Source of the DNA: Oligoflexus sp.
GTDB taxonomy: Bacteria > Bdellovibrionota_B > Oligoflexia > Oligoflexales > Oligoflexaceae
Length of the DNA: 12,796 bases
NCBI GenBank assembly: GCA_041736305.1
Contig: JBGSTX010000137.1
Span: forward strand, 1 to 12,796
Direction of reading: 5' to 3'
Part shown: in pieces, positions 1 to 7,849 of the stretch
How the letters are laid out: every line of letters begins with the position of its first letter
Numbering within the stretch: position 1 is the first letter of the stretch
Position numbers and translations under genes: made by a program
The notes under the pieces: generated by a model
Seen by the model: only the letters and a program-made list of their open reading frames with translations
The model's database searches: none
What the model was told of the DNA's origin: nothing

Positions 1-2500
1 AGCTACTGACAGCTTTAAGCAAGGCACCGGCAGAAACAGGCTTGGTGAGATGCATTTCAAAGCCCGCAGCTAGGGCCTGAACTTTCTCTTCTTCCCGCGC
101 ATAGGCGGTAAGCGCTGCGGCGGGAACTCTTGACATCTGCAGATCTTTCATCGCCTTGAGTTTACGAATAAAGATATATCCGTCTTCTTCTGGCAAACCG
201 ATGTCGCTGAGCAGTACATCTGGACAAGACCTTGCCATTTCCTCGAAAGCTTCACGGGCTGATGCAGCCCCCCTCACTTCAGCTCCAGCTTTCTTCAGTA
301 TTTTACTAACTAAAAGACGATTGTCTGCCTCGTCATCCACGACTAATACTTTAATTCCTTGCAGAGTTTCAAGATGCAGCATAATAGGTTCGGGTTCAGT
401 TGATCTTTCCAATGCTAGCTTTTGCTGCTTCGCTAGAGAAACGGGAGATTCCTGCAGGTCTGGGAGTATGACTCGAAACTTCGATCCCTTACCTTCCCCC
501 TCACTTTCAACATGAATCTGACCGCCATGCAACTCAACAAGATGGCGAGCAATGGCCATACCGAGTCCAAGTCCACCATGTTTTCTCGTGATAGATCCAT
601 CTGCCTGGCGAAAGCGATCAAAAATGTAGGGAATGAAAGCTGATTGAATCCCAATCCCACTATCTACAACAGTCAGGATTGTTTTATCGTCGTCTTTTCT
701 GAGCTCGATCGAAATGCTGCCGCCCTCCGGAGTAAATTTCACAGCGTTCGAAAGAAGGTTCCAAACCACTTGCTGAATGCGTGCCGCATCGACAGTTGCT
801 ACGGTCGGCTCAATCTTTTTAATGATTTTAATCTTTTTAGCCGCGGCGGCTGGTTCGAGGGTCTGGATCGCTGTATCAATGACTTCGTTCATCGCGGATT
901 TTTCAAGATCGAGGCGAAGCTGACCACGAATAATGCGCGAGACATCGAGGATGTCTTCGATGAGACGCATGAGCAAAAGCTCATTGCGCTCTATAATGTC
1001 GATAATGCCTTGGGTTTCGCGGTCAAGCCTTTGCCGGTCCAGCTGCTGCGTGAAACCATAGATAGCGTGGAGGGGAGTCCTAAGTTCATGTGACAGTGTC
1101 GCTATAAATTCATCTTTAAGTCGATTGGTTTCTTGAGCTTCGCGGTAGAGCCTCGCATTATCGATTGAAATCGAGGCTCGCCGGGCGATATCCATAGCCA
1201 GCTCAAGATCACGCACACTATAGCGACGTGAGTTTTCCGCGGTCACGAGAGTTATCGAGCCTAATATTTGATTGCGGGCCTGAAGCGGCACACAAAGATA
1301 GGAGTTCAAACCTAGGCTTTTAACGAGCGAGAGGTGTTCATCGCTAAAATGCAAAGACTCTAGCCATTCATCTGTGACTTCGGGAACGAGTAGCGGTTGC
1401 CCTGTCCGCAGCACCTTGGCAACTCCATCCTCAGCCTTGGGATCCAGATTGAAGCCCAGCAGCTTCTTAGCGAGTTCCGCTTTGGAAGGATCCCAGTGCA
1501 CGACCTCGACGCGGCGAGGTTGGGCATCATCATCTATGATATCTATTACGCACCAATCAGCTATAGGTCGGACCGCAAGCCTAGCCATACTAGCCAAGGT
1601 CGTCTGGTAGTCGAGTGAAGATGCAAGTACAGAACTAGCATTGGCCAGAAAGCGATGACTCTCCTCTGTTTTCTTTTGATCGTCGATGTCGGTAAAAGTC
1701 CCAAGCCAGCCTACCATCTGCCCATCTTCACCGAATTCTTGAACCGCGCGACATAGATGCCAGCGAAAGCAGCCATCAGATTCCCGCCGAAGACGGCACT
1801 CGCGCTGAAAACTCTGGCCCTGCGCTACATGCTCCCTCCACTGCTCAAAAAATGCATCATATTCATCGGGAAAAAATACTAGTCTTGCCGCTTCCCATCC
1901 GCAGTCTTCAAGGGGCGATAGTCCGCTGTACTCCTGCCAACGCCGGTTGAAATACTGGACTTCACCATCGGGCCGAGCTGTCCAGACGATAGCTGGCATC
2001 GACTCAGCGAGACTCCTATACCGTCTTTCTCTTTTGCGCTGCTGTTCTTCGAGTTGGAACTCTCGCTCGCGACGCTCATGAACCTTTATTCGCTCGCGCT
2101 GCTGATAGAGTTCCACAAAAACTTTGACTTTGGCTCGTACGATATTAGGCTCAAGTGGTTTCGTCAGATAATCGACAGCACCGAAGGAGTAGCCCTTGTA
2201 GACAAAATTGACATCAGTTGCCATCGCGGTCAGAAAAATAATAGGTGTGCTACGATGACGCTCATTTTCCTTAATGACTGATGCCAACTCGAATCCATCC
2301 ATTCCAGGCATCATCACATCGAGCAGCAGCAGTGCAAATTCTTGCCGCAGCAAGCAGCGAAGCGCATCAGATCCCGACTGCGCCGCGACGATTTCAAATT
2401 CAGGTTCTGAGAGTATAGAGCTCAGAGCCAGAATATTTTCGGGCCGATCATCTACGATCAAAATGGCGACTTTTTGATGCGATTGAAGGGCTACTTGCAT
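1..2500 (-). CDS. Hybrid sensor histidine kinase/response regulator, REC-PAS-GAF-HisKA-HATPase_c-REC (3' end beyond window edge)
   Basis: Translated by hand; absent from the ORF track because there is no stop in the window. ATG at 2500-2498 with GAGG upstream, open for 833 codons to the edge. N-terminal receiver (ILIVDDRPEN...LLLLDVMMPGMDG, D61...TPIIFLTA...DYLTKP), PAS/PAC (YRSLAESMPAIVWTARPDG...FNRRW...FRWHL...GTFTDIDDQK), GAF (SLDYQTTL...ADWCVID...LCVPL...IDNARLY), H-box SHELRTPL (H471), N-box NLLSNAVKFT, DSGIGI, FDRFRQ, GGLGLG, C-terminal receiver (VLVVDDE...LLSDIGLP, D766...ALTAYA...HLTKP). Confidence 0.95.
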   Translation of the reverse strand, partial: MQVALQSHQKVAILIVDDRPENILALSSILSEPEFEIVAAQSGSDALRCLLRQEFALLLLDVMMPGMDGFELASVIKENERHRSTPIIFLTAMATDVNFVYKGYSFGAVDYLTKPLEPNIVRAKVKVFVELYQQRERIKVHERREREFQLEEQQRKRERRYRSLAESMPAIVWTARPDGEVQYFNRRWQEYSGLSPLEDCGWEAARLVFFPDEYDAFFEQWREHVAQGQSFQRECRLRRESDGCFRWHLCRAVQEFGEDGQMVGWLGTFTDIDDQKKTEESHRFLANASSVLASSLDYQTTLASMARLAVRPIADWCVIDIIDDDAQPRRVEVVHWDPSKAELAKKLLGFNLDPKAEDGVAKVLRTGQPLLVPEVTDEWLESLHFSDEHLSLVKSLGLNSYLCVPLQARNQILGSITLVTAENSRRYSVRDLELAMDIARRASISIDNARLYREAQETNRLKDEFIATLSHELRTPLHAIYGFTQQLDRQRLDRETQGIIDIIERNELLLMRLIEDILDVSRIIRGQLRLDLEKSAMNEVIDTAIQTLEPAAAAKKIKIIKKIEPTVATVDAARIQQVVWNLLSNAVKFTPEGGSISIELRKDDDKTILTVVDSGIGIQSAFIPYIFDRFRQADGSITRKHGGLGLGMAIARHLVELHGGQIHVESEGEGKGSKFRVILPDLQESPVSLAKQQKLALERSTEPEPIMLHLETLQGIKVLVVDDEADNRLLVSKILKKAGAEVRGAASAREAFEEMARSCPDVLLSDIGLPEEDGYIFIRKLKAMKDLQMSRVPAAALTAYAREEEKVQALAAGFEMHLTKPVSAGALLKAVSS

Positions 2501-2783
2501 TTTAACCTCAAAAATTCGCGTCCAACACGGATCAATAGCGTCAGAAAATACGCCACTCTAAATTCGTATAAAGACAAGCGGACTCTGATTAAATTAACCA
2601 TACACAATCTATGAGCGGGGCTTAAGCTTTTTAGGGTCACGTTATGCACAAGAGACAGACTGCCACCAATCCTTGTAGCTATAAAGATCCACCCTTGTCA
2701 CTTTTTTGTGAGTCAAAGGCGAGCTGAATTCTACTCTTGTCGTATCCCAGTTCTTTGGCCGCTAATTTTTCGAAGGCATTCTC

Positions 2784-2800
2784 CGGCACAACTCCTGCAT
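2784..2800 (+). promoter_or_regulatory. Putative sigma54 (-24/-12) promoter for the BON lipoprotein gene
   Basis: CGGCACAACTCCTGCAT: GG(2785-86)-N10-GC(2797-98), close to the TGGCAC-N5-TTGC consensus, about 70 nt upstream of the ATG at 2870. Confidence 0.65.
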
Positions 2801-2869
2801 CTATACTCTTACAAAACGTCGCCGCAGAGACGCGGCCAGATATGTCGAACCTTTTGAAGGACGAGTTCT

Positions 2870-3577
2870 ATGCAAACAACACCCCAGAAAAACGCAAAAC
2901 TACTTTCATCCGTATCGAGATCCACAATAGCGTTGGCCCTGCTAGGCGGGTTAGGCCTAGTCGGCTGCACACACCGCGAGGACACCTCATCTATTCCGAG
3001 TTCGAGTGCTCCTGATACGCCGACAGCCATTGAATCCGACACAGGTTTGACCCCAGGCGCCGGCAGCGATACCGATACAATTGGTCAAGCCCCCTCCGCA
3101 ATGGGAACAACCGGCACCGTCGGCTCAACAACTGGGGAAAGGACTGGGAAAACCACTACAAGTTCTCCTAACCCTGCGAACGAAGCGGATTCGGAAGTCG
3201 CCCCTCCCGATACCTCTGTTTCGGTCGTACCGCCCCCCACTACAAGAGCAACCACAGCTCCGAGTGACGGCAGTGCAGCAACTCAACCTGGAAGTGATAA
3301 TTCCGAAAGGAATAAGCGACACACTGATCTCACGGCAGGCGATCAAGGCAACGATCCGCGTGATATTGAAATTACCAGGCAGATTAGAAAAAGTATTACT
3401 GGCAATGACGCGCTATCGACATATGCTCGTAACGTAAAAATAATCACGCGGAACGGCAGTGTAGTTCTCAAGGGGCCTGTCAGAAGCCTCGATGAAAAAG
3501 AACTGGTTGAAAATACCGCACGCAAGGTAGCAGGCAATGCGCAAGTCAGTAGCGAACTAACCATCAGCCCGCAATAG
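2870..3577 (+). CDS. BON-domain (OsmY-like) lipoprotein with long Ser/Thr/Pro/Gly-rich linker
   Basis: 235 aa. Signal peptide with lipobox LVGC (C33), about 110 aa of low-complexity linker, then a single C-terminal BON domain (DIEITRQIRKSI...NVKIITRNGSVVLKGPVRS...KVAGNAQVSSEL). AAGGA upstream. Confidence 0.88.
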   Translation: MQTTPQKNAKLLSSVSRSTIALALLGGLGLVGCTHREDTSSIPSSSAPDTPTAIESDTGLTPGAGSDTDTIGQAPSAMGTTGTVGSTTGERTGKTTTSSPNPANEADSEVAPPDTSVSVVPPPTTRATTAPSDGSAATQPGSDNSERNKRHTDLTAGDQGNDPRDIEITRQIRKSITGNDALSTYARNVKIITRNGSVVLKGPVRSLDEKELVENTARKVAGNAQVSSELTISPQ

Positions 3578-3586
3578 GCCATGAGC

Positions 3587-4633
3587 TTAAAGAGGAACTT
3601 TCTTCTGTTCCTCCTGCTCCAAAGTCTGCCATTTAAAAACTTTGAAGAGATAGGCAAGGCTAGGAAAAATAAGGAGTGCCCCAACCAAGAGGCTGCCTAG
3701 CAAAACCCGTAAAGTACTCTCTGGAGCGGCAGCTGCATAAAAGGTTAGGTGAACCTCACCTGACTCGGCAGCATAGCGAAGAGCCAAAGGATATTGTGCA
3801 AACATCCACGCAACGATAACTAAGGTCACTATCAATACTCCGTATACGCGCGCAGCAATCATCGGCGGTGGTGCGTAGAGGCTTCTTCGAAAGAAGAAAA
3901 GCAAAACTGTACCTATACCGAAACAGAGCAGACTTACCACGTTATCGACGAAAATCGCTGCTAAAGGCAGGTCCATGCGTTGGGCAGCCAAGAAAATCCC
4001 GGGTCCGAGAACCGCTGACCCAATACTGGCTGAACGAGCCTTGCGCCTGAATATTTGAATGAGTTCAGGATCGCTGGTTTCACCCATCAAGTAGACCGAA
4101 GCTAGCAAAGCGCAAAGGCAGACTGTAAAAACACCAACCAAAAGGCAGAAGGGATTCAACCAAGGGTCTAGAAATAACCCTGAGTAGGTCTGAGCTTGAG
4201 GATTAATCCGCCCGATAATAAACGCGGCGCTGGTGGCCCCGAGAAAGAAGCTGGTCCAAAGGCTGGAATACGCAAAAATCCTTGAGTAAGTGCGATAATT
4301 CGTGGCTTTAAAAGTATCATAATGGCGAAAGGTGAAAGCGCATCCTCTGGCGACTATACCCAGCAGTACAGCCATCATAGGTAGGTGCAGATAAGTCAGG
4401 GCTTCGGTGTAGACCTTCGGAAAGCCCATAAAGAGGATGACCACGGCTAGAATAAGCCAGATATGATTTGCTTCCCAAACAGGCGCCATAGCATGCGAGA
4501 TAATGCGTCTGAGATCCTCGTTTCGGTAGCGCCCAAGACCGACCTCCAGGATACCTCCACCGAAATCAGCTCCACCAAATAATACGTAGAAGGCCAATGA
4601 AAGAGCGAGGAAGATGAGAACAATGTCTATCAT
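3587..4633 (-). CDS. cydB: Cytochrome bd ubiquinol oxidase subunit II
   Basis: 348 aa polytopic membrane protein with GGADFGGG and APVWEANHIWLI motifs. ATGA start/stop overlap with cydA at 4630-4633. Confidence 0.93.
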   Translation of the reverse strand: MIDIVLIFLALSLAFYVLFGGADFGGGILEVGLGRYRNEDLRRIISHAMAPVWEANHIWLILAVVILFMGFPKVYTEALTYLHLPMMAVLLGIVARGCAFTFRHYDTFKATNYRTYSRIFAYSSLWTSFFLGATSAAFIIGRINPQAQTYSGLFLDPWLNPFCLLVGVFTVCLCALLASVYLMGETSDPELIQIFRRKARSASIGSAVLGPGIFLAAQRMDLPLAAIFVDNVVSLLCFGIGTVLLFFFRRSLYAPPPMIAARVYGVLIVTLVIVAWMFAQYPLALRYAAESGEVHLTFYAAAAPESTLRVLLGSLLVGALLIFPSLAYLFKVFKWQTLEQEEQKKVPL

Positions 4634-5958
4634 CGATGACCCCCTTCCTCTGCGAGCTGCTTTCCCTCCCTGTGAAGCAGGGCGATTTGTCGTTTCATGA
4701 TGAGAGTCACGACGGCAATGAGAAGTCCGTAGATGAGAAGGTAAAGGGCCAGGGTGAAAGCTACTCCCGGCCGAGTCGTCACAGCATCCGCCGTTTTCAT
4801 AATACCGTAGATAATCCAGGGTTGCCGCCCAACTTCAGTGACGACCCAGCCGGCTTCGATGGCGAGAAATCCCAAAGGAGTCGTCAAGGCCAATACCTTG
4901 AGCCACCTTGTTCCAGCAAAAATGAGCGGCTTTTTCCACATGAGCCAGAGTCCAAGCAAGCCGATCGCAGCCAGATAGGTGCCTATACCCACCATGATCT
5001 GAAAAGCTATATGAACTATCGCGACCGGAGGCCACAGTTCTTTAGGAAAGTCTTTGAGTCCTTTTACTTCAGCATCAAAATCGCCAAAGGCAAGAAAGCT
5101 AAGGGCCTTGGGTATTTTGATTGCCCAATCTGTAACTTCCCTCTTCACATCCGGCAGGCCACCAATAATAAGAGGAGCTCCACGCTCTGTCTCAAAGTGC
5201 CCTTCCATGGCGGCAAGTTTGAGCGGCTGACGCTCAGCCACGCTCTTGGCTGAGAAATCACCGACTAGCGGCTGAATAAGCGCCGCTACTGCGGAAAAGA
5301 CGAAGGCAATGCGCAAGGCGCTGAGATGCAGAGGGAGTCTATGCTTCAGATATAGCCAAGCGTGCAAGCCCGTAACAGCAAATCCCACCGCCTCGAAAGA
5401 AGCTACGATCATGTGTATTCCTTGCCAGAGGGCGGCTTTATTGAACATTGCTGCCCAGGGATCGATGTCAAAGGCTCGTCCATTCTCCCAGCGAAATCCA
5501 CTTGGGCTGTTCATCCATCCATTGGCACAGATAACGAATAGGCCGGAGGCAACACCTGCGACACCTACTAGCAAGCCGGACACCCAATGAATGCGAGGCG
5601 GTACCCGATCCCAACCGTAAAGAAAAATACCAAGAGCGATGGCTTCCAGGAAAAAAGCTGTACCTTCCCAAGCAAACGGCATACCGATGATGGGTCCAGC
5701 CAGATCCATAAACTTCGGCCACAGCAAGCCAAGTTCAAAGGACAAGGCCGTGCCCGATACAGCTCCGACGGCAAAGAAGATGGCGACTCCCTTCGACCAG
5801 GCTTTGGTAAGGGTTCGATATCGCTCTTCTCCCGTACGCAGGTAAAGGTAGTGAGAGGCTGACATGAGAAAGGGCATCGCGATGCCTATAGCTGCAAAGA
5901 TGATATGAAAACCCAGGCTGAAAGCCATCTGCATGCGCGCGGCTAGGAGGTTGTCCAT
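4630..5958 (-). CDS. cydA: Cytochrome bd ubiquinol oxidase subunit I (short Q-loop type)
   Basis: Start reassigned to MDNLLAARMQ (ATG at 5958-5956, GGAGG just upstream), giving 442 aa. Heme-ligand and conserved motifs FHIIF, WEGTAFFLEA, HMIVAS, QPLKLAAMEG (quinol-binding K/E), FQIMVGIG, GWVVTEVGRQPW. Confidence 0.95.
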   Translation of the reverse strand: MDNLLAARMQMAFSLGFHIIFAAIGIAMPFLMSASHYLYLRTGEERYRTLTKAWSKGVAIFFAVGAVSGTALSFELGLLWPKFMDLAGPIIGMPFAWEGTAFFLEAIALGIFLYGWDRVPPRIHWVSGLLVGVAGVASGLFVICANGWMNSPSGFRWENGRAFDIDPWAAMFNKAALWQGIHMIVASFEAVGFAVTGLHAWLYLKHRLPLHLSALRIAFVFSAVAALIQPLVGDFSAKSVAERQPLKLAAMEGHFETERGAPLIIGGLPDVKREVTDWAIKIPKALSFLAFGDFDAEVKGLKDFPKELWPPVAIVHIAFQIMVGIGTYLAAIGLLGLWLMWKKPLIFAGTRWLKVLALTTPLGFLAIEAGWVVTEVGRQPWIIYGIMKTADAVTTRPGVAFTLALYLLIYGLLIAVVTLIMKRQIALLHREGKQLAEEGGHR

Positions 5959-6141
5959 GATGCCTCCGAAAAGGGGTGAATCAGCGATAACCTTATTCGA
6001 AAGCCTGAGCAAGAGCTTTGCACGAAAGGCCTTGCTTCCTTAGTATTGCTATACATGTGCGAATGTTTTTTTCTTGCCAGAAGTCGATGAAGCGTAAATA
6101 AAGACTGGCTGAAGCGAAGATTTTTCATCCTCTAGCTAAGA

Positions 6142-7446
6142 ATGCCAAATTGCCATATGAAAGCTCCCTGTCAGTTTTATGGTAAGTGCTCGGGCTGCAC
6201 GCTCCAACACTTGCCCTATGTGAAGCAGCTGCACGATAAGAACCGGAGTCTACTCGCTAAGTTTCGGCCCTTGCTTAAAGATGGGCCGGATACCGCACTC
6301 CAGGCTATCGTCGAAAGTCCATCGCCAACCGGCTATCGGATATCGAGTAAGCTCTGCCTTCATGAAGACGATGCAGGTCGCCGCGCAATCGGCCTTTATC
6401 AACAGGGTGGCAAGACTGTCAGCGATATTCCAGGTTGCCTGGTCCACCATCCCGCATTGAACAAGCTCATTCAAAGACTCTTCCAGGGCGGCCTACGGGT
6501 CCCTGCGCCTTTTTACAATCACAAGAAAAAAAGTTTCCAAGGCGGACGGCTAAAATTTTTGACCGTTCGCTACTGTCCTGAAACTGCTGAGGCCGCTGTC
6601 GTGCTTTCCCATACGGGGGTTGATAGAGGAATTTTAGAGAGTTGGGCGGCAAAGCTAGGTTTACCGCAGCTTTGTCTTTATGAATCGACTCTAGTCAAAA
6701 GCGACGACGATTTGGTGCTTTCCCGAAAGGTTGATCATCTCAGCGGGCCATCAACTTTCGCGTTTTGGGCTGCAGGCCATCGGTTTGACCTCAACCCTCT
6801 GGCTTTTTTTCAGGCCAATCACAGCCTCGCTCAGCGCTTTATAGAATATATTACCCAGGATCTTAGGGGTGATATTCTGCTCGACCTTTACGGAGGATTC
6901 GGCGCCTATAGCTTTGTGGCTGCTCAAGCCTTTGAGAAGATCTACGTCATTGAAACAAATGAGCATGCCATCAACGCTGCCGAGGCTAGCGCTCACCAAG
7001 AAGGACTCAAACGAATTAGTTTTCATCGACAGAGAGTCGAAAATTTTTTCGAGGATTTTTTGAAGCAGCCCGAATCGAAGCGAGTGAATCACATTATCTG
7101 CAACCCACCCCGTAGCGGTCTATCTTTGGAAGTAAGACAGGGTCTCTTGAGGTCTCGCTTCGACCAGCTGCAGGGGCTCGTTTACGTCTCCTGTCACCAG
7201 GATAGTCTGTTTAGGGATCTGCAGGCTTTGACCCGGTCAGGGCTCTTCGAACTGCAAAGTCTGACTCCATTTGATATGTTTCCTCAGACCGGACACGTAG
7301 AACTCGTGGCCAAGCTCAAGTACTGTCCAGCTTCGGCTTCACCTCTCAAAAGGCTACCCCAAGCGACTACTTCTGTTCCTCGCTTTTTTTCCAAACAGCG
7401 CCCGGGACCAGGGAAAGTATCGCGTCGCGCCGAACCCAGGCGATGA
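6142..7446 (+). CDS. rlmD: 23S rRNA (uracil-C5)-methyltransferase, RlmD/RlmC (TrmA) family; exact target uncertain
   Basis: [4Fe-4S]-type Cys motif C10-x5-C16-SG-C19 plus C99. Family motifs FFQAN, LDLYGGFG (SAM binding), NPPRSG, YVSCH (catalytic Cys), FDMFPQTGHVE. No TRAM domain. The true start may be the ATG at 6157. The symbol denotes the family and orthology is not proven. Confidence 0.85.
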   Translation: MPNCHMKAPCQFYGKCSGCTLQHLPYVKQLHDKNRSLLAKFRPLLKDGPDTALQAIVESPSPTGYRISSKLCLHEDDAGRRAIGLYQQGGKTVSDIPGCLVHHPALNKLIQRLFQGGLRVPAPFYNHKKKSFQGGRLKFLTVRYCPETAEAAVVLSHTGVDRGILESWAAKLGLPQLCLYESTLVKSDDDLVLSRKVDHLSGPSTFAFWAAGHRFDLNPLAFFQANHSLAQRFIEYITQDLRGDILLDLYGGFGAYSFVAAQAFEKIYVIETNEHAINAAEASAHQEGLKRISFHRQRVENFFEDFLKQPESKRVNHIICNPPRSGLSLEVRQGLLRSRFDQLQGLVYVSCHQDSLFRDLQALTRSGLFELQSLTPFDMFPQTGHVELVAKLKYCPASASPLKRLPQATTSVPRFFSKQRPGPGKVSRRAEPRR

Positions 7447-7801
7447 TTCCAACGAAGATAAGTAGGAAAAAAGCCGTAGAAAAATCCCCACCTATCAAAA
7501 AAAGGTGAGTACAGACGGCAAAAAACATTGTCACCGTTAAGAGGAGAGCACCAAATGCGGCTTTTGTTGGAAAGAGCAGCATGATGGCTCCGATCACCTG
7601 TATGGAACCCGTAATATAACGAAGGTTTTGGCCAAAACCGATGGCATAAAACATCCCTTCGATATCAGGCATCCCGATAAGCGTCAATATCCCGGCTGAG
7701 AAAAAGAGACAGGCCGCAATCACTTGGGCCAACCAGAGGATGACAAGTCGGGTTTTACGAAAAGCCCTTGGATTGACATGAGTACCTAGCGTCGCAGCCA
7801 T
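7367..7801 (-). CDS. DoxX-family membrane protein
   Basis: 144 aa with four hydrophobic segments and the pattern WLAQVIAACLFFSAG...MFYAIGFGQNLRYITGSIQVIGAIMLLFP...AVCTHL typical of DoxX-like proteins. GAGGAG upstream. Confidence 0.85.
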   Translation of the reverse strand: MAATLGTHVNPRAFRKTRLVILWLAQVIAACLFFSAGILTLIGMPDIEGMFYAIGFGQNLRYITGSIQVIGAIMLLFPTKAAFGALLLTVTMFFAVCTHLFLIGGDFSTAFFLLIFVGIIAWVRRDAILSLVPGAVWKKSEEQK

Positions 7802-7849
7802 GCTCTCTCCTCTTAAGTATCGATTGATTGCTTAAGTTTATCATTTGGG

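Noticed and set aside
156..2477. Short ORFs of 66-149 aa in the track (156-515, 433-660, 644-1093, 1374-1610, 1397-1618, 1879-2079, 2054-2281, 2274-2477)
   Set aside because: All are antisense or off-frame shadows of the hybrid kinase gene, with no recognisable motifs.
4636..5253. 205-aa plus-strand ORF and other ORFs inside cydAB, the methyltransferase, the ferritin-like genes and rarA
   Set aside because: Antisense or alternate-frame shadows of well-supported genes.
5959..6012. 18-aa N-terminal extension of cydA from the ORF track
   Set aside because: A GGAGG RBS and the family-typical start MDNLLAAR point to the ATG at 5958.
6064..6079. Possible sigma54 promoter for cydA (minus strand TGGCAAGAAAAAAACA)
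   Set aside because: The -12 position reads AC rather than GC and lacks the TT.
5943..6128. 61-aa ORF upstream of cydA as a possible small oxidase subunit
   Set aside because: No transmembrane helix, and it overlaps the cydA start and promoter region.
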